A DNA stretch of 62,164 nucleotides, the filler included, from Trypethelium eluteriae (Eukaryota): assembly GCA_051942245.1 (NCBI GenBank). It is 4 parts of 4 records of this genome, joined end to end, with 100 filler letters (N's around TTAATTAATTAA, not from the genome) between each part and the next. Parts side by side here need not be neighbours in the genome. Positions count along the whole stretch, not along the records: positions 31,221 to 46,643 come from JAVECL010000649.1; positions 46,744 to 62,164 come from JAVECL010000650.1; 2 more parts are not named here. One strand, given 5' to 3'. Under the pieces are notes generated by a model, which saw nothing but the letters and a program-made list of their open reading frames with translations, had not been told where the DNA came from and ran no database searches. Shown piece after piece: positions 36,498-48,120 of the stretch; position 1 is the stretch's first letter; each line of letters opens with the position of its first letter. The position numbers and the translations under genes were made by a program.

Positions 36498-39017
36498 TCA
36501 GCCAACCGAAAAATTGCGACTCCCCTTTCTCCTCCAAGGCAAGAACGAGCTGCTCGAACTGGACTCACTCTCAACCGCACTACTCGCTCGGCTTCTCTGT
36601 CGAGCCAACCCCGCGTTCCGCCTCTCCTTCTCCGTCCGCTTCAACAAAGTTTCAACATTCATTTGCAACTTCCCGGGAAGTTTCTCCCGTCGTATCATTG
36701 CTCCCTCGGCCAGCAGGATCTTCAGAAGCTCGTAGCGATTGTGGATCACCGCCAACGTTGCCGCCGTTCGTCCGTAACGGTCCTCTGCCTCCAGTTGCAC
36801 ATTCGGCACGTGCTCCCGAAGTAACTGTGCCGACTCGACATTCTTCGTGATTACAGCATAGTGCAATGGTGTCCATCGATCTCCGTTACAGCGGAGATTG
36901 GGATCTGCGCCGTGCTGTAGCAGAAGTTCTGCTGTCGCGGTTCCCCCTTCACCACGGAGTGCCAGATGTAGCGCGCTGAGTCCGTCGGCGTTGGTGGCAT
37001 TGAGGGAAGCCCCGTGCTGGCATAATATTCGAACCACCTCGGGAAACCTAAGCGAGGCAGCACGGAGGACCGGCGTTAGGCCCTGGTAACGTAGTTCGAT
37101 GGAGGCGCCGTGTGAGAGGAGGACATCGACCATGTGAGGGACGCGCTGCGAGATGGCATAGTGGAGGGCGGTGTGTCCTATTTGACTGGGCGAGATCTGG
37201 AAGTCGACGTCGGCGCCCTTAGCTTGGAGCTTAGTAATGGTGAGACGAGAGCCAGCATCGACCGCGTACATGAGCGCGGTTTTGTCGGCATGAATAATTT
37301 GGGGGTTGGCATTATGGGACAGGAGGCGGTCGATGCGAGCGGTATCATTTGTGAGGATTGCGGAGATGAGGTAAGGCCGGCCATTGAGATTTAAGCCGTT
37401 AGGATCCTCAAAACTGACAGAATGGCTCAGGGAGTTTGGGCCAAACCCCTGCACGGATTGTGGTGGTGTTGGAGGCAAGGTATGCGAGTGTAAAAATAAC
37501 GTTCGGTATACTTCAGCATCGATCGGACGGTCCTGATGCTCAAGAATTTTGACGAAGAACTCTGCTGATTTCTGAAATCCTGATTGCGGTAGATTCTTAA
37601 AAGGGAGTCGGAGCTTGAAAGATTGCTTCGCGTACATGGCTGCTTCCTGGAGCGCTTGAGGCTTTTGACGAGTACAGTGCAGCTTAAATTTGACTTCGGC
37701 CAGGTCCAGGTATAGTCCAGAACGATCATGCGCTGTTGCTGCGTCCAACGGACTCGGCGGTGGTCTTGAGTTTTGAGGTGAGGACAGAGGACCAGATTTC
37801 TTACCAGACAGCGCATCTTCAATAAGTTTTTCAGATTCGATAAGTTTTTCATGTATTTCTTGGAGCCTGAGCGATTGGATCAGTCCTCGCTTCATGATTC
37901 CAATATCATGTTGAGGTTCAAACAAAAGACTATTCCATTCCTCGGCAAATTCAATCATCCTTCGTTGGTACTCTTCCGCACGATCGTACTGGCAGTCATT
38001 CTCCGCGATAGCGGAATGCTTTCGATAACTTTCAATGAGAGCACTGAGGACCTCGCGAGGTGTGGAGTTATCAAAGCCATTGTCAAAGCCTGATGAAACA
38101 TCTTCAGCCCTTTCAACGTGCTCAACCGTTGGACTGGTATCCTCGTCTTGCACAGGTATCTTGTCCGATGGAAGTTTGATAGCCATCGCGCTCTTCTCGA
38201 TATCCGAGTCATCCCCTGCAATTTCGCTCTCCGTCTCTGTAGACCACTGATCAATGTCCGCAGCAACGCTCGGAGTATGGATGGAGCCTGCTTCCGACCA
38301 CTTGTCTACTACGGCATACGCAGTGTGAATACATTTGTGCATGGTTTTCTCATGACGGCTCCTGCGCCGGGCGATGCCTTTTACATCGCTTAATGTCGAA
38401 ACGTAGGCGAGATTGCCGTCGTCTTTATCCGCTGGGGCTATTTTGTGAAGTTCAAGGAGCAAGTCGTTGATCAGCGTATCCCTGTCCTGCTGCATGAATC
38501 TACCTCATGTGAGTGAAGGTTTAGATAATAGGGAATATGGCACTTACACGTTCAGGCACTGTATTGATAAAGAGAGTTCTTGTACATGCTCCACAATATT
38601 CCTCTGGAAGCGCTGTATTACTGGATCCTTGCGATCAAGTTTCAACTGCAGCAGGGTCTTTTCAATCCAATTCATAGAGGATTGACTTTGAGTAAGCTCA
38701 GGGACATCTGCGATATGCTTCTTGAACTTTTTCAAGTTTCGATCCCAGCTTAGAAGAGATTCGTGAATATTGCTCCAGATACGCTGCTCTTCAATAGCGG
38801 GGGGATCCTGGTCGTGGTCTTTGCTTCGGCTTCGGACCTGCAGGGTCTCGCTGGCGACCAAAAGAGTGCGGAGAGACCTCTGCACGGTGTATCGGATCTC
38901 TTTGGCTTCATCATCGGCATCTTTAGCTCTTACCACGAACTTTCCTAGAGAGTGGTAAAGCTTCAGAGCCAATTCAGCGACTGTCACACCACTCACAGCG
39001 ACCTGAAAGGGATCCAT
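36498..39017 (-). CDS. Ankyrin-repeat protein with HeLo-like/SesA-like fungal N-terminal domain
   Basis: Exons 39017-38548 and 38499-36498. N-terminus MDPFQVAVSGVTVAELALKLYHSLGKFVVRAKDADDEAKEIR. About 7 ankyrin repeats (KTALMYAV, GHTALHYA, GLTPVLRAA, GLSALHLAL, WTPLHYAV, GRTAATLAV). Confidence 0.85.
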
Positions 39018-39960
39018 GCAAATATGAACGCCCAAAGGAACCTCAAACAAGCAGAATTGTTGCTGGGGCGTTCTCGTGTAGGCAGTGTCAGAGATAAGAT
39101 GAGTGGAAAAAGTGTTGGAAGGACAAGATTAGGTGAGTAGCTGGGCAGTGACGTGTAACGCTCATCGCCAGCTTCCAATCTTCCGCAAGGTTGCTTTCTA
39201 CCTCTTAGGCGGTCTAAGCCTCAATAACCACTCAAGCACCCAAGTACGGCTCCTGCGGAGTACCTACATCATACTCAGTCACACTAAGCCCCCATTTTAT
39301 TGGAGCTACCTACTGCGGGGCATGAGATGGTCCATGTGGTATGCGGAGATCTTAGCCAAGAAGGACTGCGCCCCCAACCTGCTGGAGCAGCCAAGAGCAA
39401 CCCAACTTCCCAGCTCTTGACCTGCCCGTGTGCCCACCTGCCCATTCCCGTCAGATCGTTCACGAAATAGCGGTACAAGATGATAGACGAGCGCGCAGAT
39501 GCGCCAAAGTGGAGCCAAACGGAAGCACAAGGAATTACCTCAATTCCTATTTGATGGATTTCCCTCTTTCTACTGTGGTTCTGATCCTACTTCTACTACT
39601 AGCCTAGCGTCCAAGCACTCAACGACTGGGCGCAGTGCCTTGTCGGCGATCTAGGGTAAGCCTTGTGAAGGCTGTCTCGCAACCCGTATAAGACTTCCTT
39701 GCCGAAACCAGCCAAGACTCTTCCTGCAGATGGCTTCGTAGCCACTGTACTTGCCTAGGATGCGTCTTGTGGACCTGGGCACGCACGCACGCACGTGGTA
39801 TGTAACGCATGCAGTAACCCCCACTCGACTTCACATGCGCTTACGGCATCCGGAAAATAACTGCACGGCTGATCATGATGTAAACGGGGCGTTGCAAAAA
39901 TTTCTGATCATTGCGATAAGCGGAAACAAGGCGAAGCGAAACGTTTCATTAAACCACCTC

Positions 39961-42112
39961 CTATCGAGTCCACGAACTTGAGGACCTCTGCAGTGGCGGC
40001 CTCTTGGGCTGTCGATCTTTAGCCCACACATACAGAGGCGCCGGCTCTTCAACATCCAATCTGCGTATGTAATGGTTGAAGGTCCACCGCGCCATAGCAA
40101 TTTGATAGGCGACATGCTCTCTCGTGGGAACTTCGAAGATGTCGTTCAGCTCCTCGAGTCCAATACGGGCGGTCTCTGGCACCAGTAGATATGCTAGTGT
40201 GAAAGCAACAACGTTCAGACCTGCGAAAAGAAAAAGGAGACCCGGATGCCCGATCGCGTAAGTTAGCTGGGGAACCACGAGAGCCAAAATCCCAGCCCCC
40301 AGGAGATTCCAGAACACAGCAAAGCTCATTCCAACCTCGCGATTAACAAGAGGAAAGACTTCTGCTGAGAGTGTGAATGCAACAGGCCCTTCTCCAGGCG
40401 AGTACGCCAAGGTGAAAAGAATGAAAAAGGTTGCTACCAAGCCTACGCGCACACTAGTATGGTGGATGTAGAAACAAAACCCGGTGGCAAGCAGGGTGAC
40501 CGCCATCAATGGAAAGCTTCTATTGAGCAACCACCGTCTGCCAAGTTTATCAATGTTGTTTACAGCCAGCCAGGTAAAAAGATGGTTTGTCAGGCCAAAC
40601 CCAAAGCTGATCCATAGTGCGGTCTTCTTGTTCTTGTCGTCCGTAAGCCCTGCAGATCCCGAGTTGAATGCGTCATTAAAGATGGTGCTTGAGAGGAACG
40701 ACAATATGTTGATGCCACACAGTTGCTGGCTTATCATGACAACGACTGCTGCGACAGTAGCCCTGCGGATACGTGGAACGACGAAGAGCTGTAAGAAGCG
40801 CTGCCAATATCCCGTCAAGCGAACCTCGGTCTGGAAATTGTCCTGCCCGTCAAAGAATGCTGAGCGACTTTCTAAACTGCCATGCCGTTCTCGCATTTCC
40901 ATTTCGTCTTCCTGTCGAGCTTTCTTTGAAAAGTATTGGGTCTCGCTCTGGATTTGACAGTGGATATAATAGAGATCACGGCAGGCTTGCAAGGGGGTGT
41001 CTCGGAGTTTGAGATACGCTCTGTACGCATCTCCGTATCTGCCTTTCTTTAAGAGCCAGCGCGGTGACTCGACGCATAGAAGGACGAGGATCAAAAGAGG
41101 TAGCGGTGGGATGAAAGCAGACGCGATTTGGTATCTCCAGTTATCGGAAACGACCAGACAGGCCACACTACCGAGAAAGATACCGAACGTAACGAAGATT
41201 TGCCAACAAATGACCAAAGTGCCTCGAATGGGTGTTGGAGCCGTCTCAGAGATGAAGATGGGCACAACAGAAGCTTTTGCGCCCATGCCAAATCCCAGGA
41301 GAACACGACAGATCAGCAGCGTCTGCCAGCTAGAGGCGCATGCCGCTCCAATGACCGTTGCAAAACTGAAGATAGATGCGACGAAAATGGCACCGCGTCT
41401 GCCGTAAAAATACTCATTCAACGGGTCACTGAGCCAGCAGCCCACAAAGGCGCCAGAAAGGTAAGGCGCAGCGTTGACTGCCCCAAAAATCCAGACATCG
41501 GTGGTGTGGTGATTCTTCAAGTTCAAGTCGACGTTCAAGTGCCAATGCTCAGGCCAGCTCAGGTTAGCCCCATTGATACTTTGCTGGTCCCAGCCTTGCG
41601 TACATGCGGCAAGGCAGCATGTTGCGAGGATGATTCTGAATTCCTTGGGAAGCTGCTTGATCTGTTGCCACACTCCAGGTTTTTGTTCATTCTCTAGTGC
41701 CTTTTTTTCGATTCTAGTTAGTCCTTCGAAGTTCTTGTAAGCGTCTGGGTCGTCCTGCTCCCGGGCGATCAGGGCACCTCTGACAAAGACATCGACATCC
41801 ACGACCTCATCGAGATTATGCTCAGAATGGAATGTCTGGGCATCCTCTTGGACCTGCCGTCTTGTCCGGTGTAAAAGAGGGTTGTCGATTCTGCAGGTAC
41901 AGATGAGTCGCAGGTTTCCTGAAAGTGATCGTCGGTCAAGGGAAAGACTTACAATGCTTGTGTGTAGCCTTCGGCAACAGGCTTTGATGGGGGACCTTGC
42001 TGTGATAAGAGTCGAAAATCAGTGCGGGAATATAGTAAAGAAGGGGTAAACATTGCCTTACCTTATACTGAATCGCGTCCACCATATTCCCAGGCTCTTC
42101 CATGGAGCCCAT
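39961..42112 (-). CDS. MFS sugar porter (polyol/myo-inositol transporter-like)
   Basis: Two short 5' exons, then the main exon. Motifs QGWDQ, GRRGAIF, ESPRWL, SQQLCGIN, IDKLGRR, YSPGEGPVAFTLSAEVFPL, VPET. Confidence 0.92.
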
Positions 42113-43298
42113 GTGGCAAAGGATATGAAAAGTGAATTGATAAAACTGATTGGAAGGTCAAGTGTGGATCAACGAGTCCTTGCAGCAAGGGAGTAGAAAC
42201 AAATAGGCCACTTACTGGCTTGCGGGCTGAGCTTCTATACATGATTAGGTCTAGGGCAGGACTATGTTGTTTTTATGCCGAGGCGGAGCAAAGGCCCGAC
42301 TCCCTTTGCCATTAGAAGAAGGCTGCGCTCCGCCTACTCTTTGCCTATTGAAAATGCGCCCTAGTCGCTTACAGCAGCTGGGACGGGTAGAGAGGGGAGC
42401 ACGGACACACGGTGAAAGGATGACTAGGGATTTTTGAGTAATATCGGCACACATGAGGCCTCCATGCTCTTGGCTGCTTGGTATGAGGGGTTTTTGTAGC
42501 TCAGCGGCCAGCCATGAGGCAGTGCGATCCCAAGCGTATAGGACCTGCGCCGTGGGCGGTCGAATAACACGTATGCAAATGCAGGGCCAAGGCTAGCATC
42601 CCGTGTTTGCTTCATGTGCTCCACCCGCTCCCACTGCTCCCACTGCAGAGCGCCCAGATTAGCGATTGCTAATCGCTTGTACGCCCTCTCCACACCAGAG
42701 CGTAAGGCACCAGCGCGTCGTTGGAGAACAACCGCTGTGCAACCCCAACATGCGTTCATACAACTGCCAATGATACGGCCGACTGAGCAGCCAGTCGGGC
42801 AAAACTTGCATCGGCCTCCGGGCTTTTCTGTTCGCAGCAGTTCTCATTACATGAGTGCATTTGATCAGTCCAGGTCAGGCAATAATCTGAGAATCCTTCT
42901 TTTTGTTTGCGGAGATCACGATGACCCAGCGACGGGCTGACGCTTGGCGTTTGATCTCAACACATGTTAGAATTGATAGACTGGAGCGCATCTAAATATT
43001 ACTCGAATAGACAAGGGGATAACAATAATGACGGACCAATTCGATACAAATCTTCTAGAGTAAGGATCTTTGGAGGGGCCGGGCTTTCCTCGGCGGAGAG
43101 GTCGGCCCTCTGACGTTGCAGCTCAGGGACAGTGCAGGCCTAGCTGACGAGAGTGAGTGTCCTGAACTGTCAAGCTTCACGCAACGCCAGCAATCCCCAA
43201 TTGTCCAGCTCAGGGCTTCGGGAAAGCCTTGGAGCAACCGGAACCTGAGTTCATTCCAAGATTTCTTCCTGATGCAGGAATGAAAGGGGGATTCCGAC

Positions 43299-46200
43299 AT
43301 GTTCAACCTGTCCAATCTAGTACAAAAGGCCCAAAACCTCATCGACTCTAACCTACCCTCGCCGACCCTAGGATCGGACCGACGACCCTCGAAAGCAGCT
43401 CTTTTTAGACACCAGTTCCGTTTGCCTGACGGTGAAAACCCTCTGCACGAAATCCCTGCTGAGCTCACTTTCTCACCTGAAACGAATCGTGGAACCAGCG
43501 GCCGGGAAGGAAAGCCCAAGAGTGTGGATCGGTTTAATGGGGTATACTTTGCCGGACGATTGCATCTCAGCGAATCATATCTGTCATTCTCTACACAAGG
43601 CTCTAGCTTCTTGAGCACTGCAAGTACAAGCTCGTCCAGCGCCTTTACAGGCCAGACACACGGCGCAGGCCCGGCCGGGAATGGGTTCACACTTCCACTT
43701 TGCGCAATTCGAAAAGTTGAAAGGTCGCATAGTCAAAGCTTTATTTTTGCACTCTCGATAACAACGTGGAATGGGGTTAAGATAGAAAAGGCAGCCGAGG
43801 CCACCGATGGTTCTCCCAAACGTATAGTCGAGACCCCGAAGTTGACAATTCAACTGGCTGGCAGTCGGCAGCAGTGCGAGAGGTTTTGTGATGGACTGAA
43901 GAAAGGGCTAAGAGAGGGCATCAAGGATGTTGAGAACCTCAGGCTTGTCTCGACCAACTGCTACTCGGAATATCTGCTATCTCTTGAACCCAAAAAATCC
44001 AAAGACACTGCTGCGTCTGAGAGCAGGGCAACAACACCGCCAGATGCAGGTCTGGGAATGGTTTTTCGATATCCGGGCGATGCCAGAAAATTACGAGATG
44101 GCGCAAAGATGAGGCTTTGGGCTGAATATATGCGAGAGAGTGGCCGACACTATACACTTGTGAGGCAACCAAAGGTCCACAAGCTCATAAGAGTTGGGCT
44201 TCCAAATAGACTCAGGGGGGAAATATGGGAACTCACCTCTGGATCCCTCTACCTAAGGTTAAAAAACCCCAACGCTTATACAGAAACATTGGCCAAGTTC
44301 TCTGGACAAGAGTCGCTAGCGATTGACGAAATTGAGAAAGATCTCAACAGGTCTTTACCTGAATACCCTGGCTTCCAGAGCGAAGAGGGTATTGGCAGAT
44401 TACGTAGAGTTCTGACCGCGTATAGCTGGACCAATCCTGAAGTGGGATATTGTCAGGCCATGAATATCGTCGTTGCAGCGCTTCTAATGTGGGTTGACTT
44501 TTACCTCTCCTCACTCTTTGTGGGAGTCTAATCATCTCAGATACATGTCCGAAACTCAAGCCTTCTCACTCCTCTCCGTTCTCTGCGATAGACTTTTGCC
44601 CGGCTACTATTCTACAACAATGTATGGAACGCTTCTCGACCAGCGGGTGTTCGAATCGTTAGTTGAAAAAACCATGCCTGTTCTATGGGATCATCTAGTC
44701 AAGTCCGACGTCCAGCTATCCGTTGTTTCTTTACCTTGGTTTCTATCATTATATATCAACTCTATGCCCCTCATATTTGCATTTCGTGTCTTAGATATGT
44801 TCTTTCTCGAAGGCCCGAAGGTACTATTCCAGGTCGGACTAGCTATTTTACGACAGAACGGCGAAGAACTTCTCGATGCTACAGATGATGGCACTTTTAT
44901 CTCGATACTCAAAACCTACTTTGCACGATTGGACGAGTCAGCACATCCGACATCCACAAATGAGCGACTTCGTAATGTGACCCGTTTTCAGGAGCTCATC
45001 GTTGTCGCCTTCAAGGAATTTGCGGGGATAACGCAGCATACGATCTCTGAGCAACGAGCCAAGTACAAGGACGCCGTCTTAGATAATATAGAAAACTTTG
45101 CGAAGAGGACATCAATCAGAAATCTGGGTCCGGACAGCAAACGACTGAGCGCAAGTGATCTCAGCTTCCTGTATGATCGTTTCTACGGTATCCTCTACGA
45201 GCGGCAGCAGAGAAAGCAAATGATCGAGCAAGAGGCAGCAAGACGGAAGAAAGCAGGTCTAACAAAAGCTAATGAAGTTGTTTCGGGTATTGCTGGCAAT
45301 CCAGCAGTTGAGATGGGCAGAGTAGGACTAGGGCCGAGCCCTACCCAAATGGACTATGATGCATTTCGAGAATTCCTCGCAGGTAAGATGACGTCTTGAC
45401 GATTCGTCTAACAGAATGCTCAAGTTGGACAGGTATTACAAAGTGGGCTGTGACAGATTCACCTTCCTCCCCTATGCGTGAAACAACTGAAAAGCATTCT
45501 TATTTTGGGAGCATACGGTCACAAAGTATACCGCTCTCTCCGTGGGGCTCATCGCCAGAACCTGCAGATCATGAATTCATGCAACGACTTTTCCGCAAAT
45601 GGGATACTGATTCAACTGCTGCGCTTAGCCTTCAGAATGTAGTCACTGGCATTGCTCATGTAAAAGGTACTAGAGATATCATGGCTACCATCAGCTACTT
45701 TTTCGAGCTTTATGACGACGATGATGATGGAAAAGTTGATAGGGAAGGAATCTTAAGGATTTCTGAAGCATTGCTTTTCCTTGGAAGACGGGGACTAGAG
45801 CCATCTACGAGTGGCCTTCTTTCACCAAATCAATTACAATCACCAAGCGGAGCCAATAGCGCTCGTGAGAACGGAGATGAACAATTCCTTAGCGGAGTTT
45901 CGGCATTCATTCGCCGTTGCTTCGAGTACGCCGACCCGGATCTCAAGTCGGAGGAAACTGGAGATCGCGCAGCTACCACTGCTTCCGAAGACGCCCTCAA
46001 CTCCTTCAGCATCGGCGACGACGACGAAGAGGACGACAAGGACGAAGGCAACCTCCTCGACCTCAACGAGGGAAAGACCTCCATGGACGGCAACGCCCCC
46101 AGCATCAACACCCTCGGCACCGAAACCCCCGCCACCTCCATCGCCCCCAGCACCACGACCACCAACAACCACCCACACGCCAGATCCGACCGCTCCACCT

Positions 46201-46643
46201 CCGCCAACCTCGCCCTCGACGCTTCCAAACCGCTCCACATCACCCTCCCCACCTTCCGCATGCTCGTCCTCGCCGACGAAACCCTCGAGCACTTCTTCGA
46301 CTCCGCCTTCGCAAACTCCTTCCACCTCTCCACGAGTCCCCACCCGGCGACCCCATCCGCGCTCTCCTCCTCGCGCCTCACCACCTTCGCCAACGCCGCC
46401 CATAGCAGCAGCGGCAGCGGCAGCGGCACGCCTCCTCGCGCCTCGCCCGTGCCGTCCACTGCCGGCGCGCCGCCGCAGGGTGTCCCGCCTGGTAAGGGGC
46501 TGAGGGGCATGCTGGATAATATCGTGACGGATGGGATGAGGGTGGCGGCGGAGGTGAAGCGCAGGGTGGATGAGGCGCAGAGGGAGTTGGATCGGGCGGG
46601 GCAGGTGCCGCCGCATGAGGAAGAGGAGGATGATGAGGGGGAG
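43299..46643 (+). CDS. GYP2: Rab GTPase-activating protein Gyp2/Mdr1 (GRAM-like, TBC, EF-hand), 3'-truncated by contig end
   Basis: GLPNRLRGEIW, IEKDLNRSLP (R finger), GYCQAMN (Q finger) and EF-hand YDDDDDGKVDRE. Two introns. Confidence 0.92.
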
Positions 46644-46743
46644 NNNNNNNNNNNNNNNNNNNNNNNNNNNNNNNNNNNNNNNNNNNNTTAATTAATTAAN
46701 NNNNNNNNNNNNNNNNNNNNNNNNNNNNNNNNNNNNNNNNNNN
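46644..46743. other. Artificial contig linker (N44-TTAATTAATTAA-N44)
   Basis: Same layout as the other two linkers. Confidence 0.97.
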
Positions 46744-47592
46744 ATTCCCCCACAACAGTATCTCGGCCCCTCCGTCCTCCAACTCACCCACCTCTTCCTG
46801 CTTCTCCTCACCACCTTCCTCACCTGGACCGCCCTCACCATCCTCCTCCTCCGCACCGCCTACAGCCTCTTTACCAACACCACCACCATCGAATCCTGGG
46901 AGCTCGAGCGCCACGCTACCCTCCTCCACCGCGCCCGCCACTTCGGCGGCGTCCTCGACGGGCCCGACGGCCAGAGAATCCCCATCCGCAAGCAGGAATT
47001 CCCCTACGACATCGGCATCTGGCGCAATTGCGTCCAGGGCATGGGTGCCGCGAACCCGCTCGCTTGGTTCTGGCCGTTTGCTGCGAGCCCGAGCGTTGAG
47101 AGTGGGCTAGAGTTCGAGGTCAATGGGTTTGAGAGTGAGGACACGGTGTGGCCGCCACCGGATCCGGATCGCATGGCGAGGGGTTGGCCGAGACCGTGGG
47201 AAGAAGGGAGAAGTGCGTTTGTGCATGGGGATGAGGGGGTGGATGTGGAGGCGTTTAGGAGGAGGCAGGAGCAGGATATAAAGAGGTGGAGGAGGGATGG
47301 CGAGGGCGTGGTGAGACGGAAGCCGTTTGTGGAGAGGTTGGAGGCGAGCGTGCGATGGGAGCAGGATGGTGATGGTGATGGCGAGGAAGGAGAGCAAAGT
47401 GAAGATTCTGATGAGGACGAAGTTGAGCGAAGACCGGTTGCAGTGAATGTGCGTGGCGAAGAATCTTGGAAGAACTCTGAGGGGGAGAGCCTGGCTGATT
47501 TTGGACTCGATGAAGACGCCGAGTTCTACGATGAAGAAGACATCCCTTTGAGCGTTCTGCTGCAAAGAAAGCGCCTACAGAAAGCTGAGTAG
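46744..47592 (+). CDS. PFA4: DHHC palmitoyltransferase Pfa4, C-terminal part (5'-truncated)
   Basis: Open frame from the contig start: YLGPS, a TM segment, NTTTIESWELERH (TTxE motif), QEFPYDIGIWRN, WPPPDPDR, SEGESLADFGLDEDAEFYDE. Confidence 0.88.
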   Translation: MPPQQYLGPSVLQLTHLFLLLLTTFLTWTALTILLLRTAYSLFTNTTTIESWELERHATLLHRARHFGGVLDGPDGQRIPIRKQEFPYDIGIWRNCVQGMGAANPLAWFWPFAASPSVESGLEFEVNGFESEDTVWPPPDPDRMARGWPRPWEEGRSAFVHGDEGVDVEAFRRRQEQDIKRWRRDGEGVVRRKPFVERLEASVRWEQDGDGDGEEGEQSEDSDEDEVERRPVAVNVRGEESWKNSEGESLADFGLDEDAEFYDEEDIPLSVLLQRKRLQKAE

Positions 47593-48120
47593 CTTATAGT
47601 AAAAGCTGCTTGTGCCACGTAGTCCAATATGTGTAATAGTAAATGGAGCATTGCTCTCGTCTCTATTTGAGAGGTCATATTGTGGGATATAATAGACAAA
47701 AATTACACGCACTCAGCACAGACGCAGTCGCCGCTCCCAAAAATCCGATAACCCAATTATTCACCAGTACAGAGTATGAACAAGATGGAGAAAAGGAAAC
47801 GAATAGTGAGAACGCTCCCCAGGCGCCCAACAAATATGCAACAATATGCATTTGCAATCGCAAACACCGGTCTTCGACGAGGCCCAGAGACGTCTCGAGG
47901 CTTTGATAAGAGTGAAGATGCACAAGCCCAGCTCCGCAAATGTCAAAACTCCTCACCAGAGAGTGATGAAAGATAGAAGGCAGCTTAGAAGCAATTGAGC
48001 CGCTAGTGAATGAGAGAGAGAGAGACGGATGAAGCGTTTGGACCAGCAGATAATAAACAAAAGAAAGGAAAGGGCAGCCGTGATCACATCAAGTTTTTAG
48101 GTGCATAAGTCACCTGCCAC

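Noticed and set aside
45811..46616. Several long overlapping and antisense ORFs (also 29582-30250, 4380-4937, 43055-43690, 48634-49062)
   Set aside because: These are shadow ORFs of real genes, mostly in GC-rich, stop-poor tracts, with low-complexity translations and no motifs.
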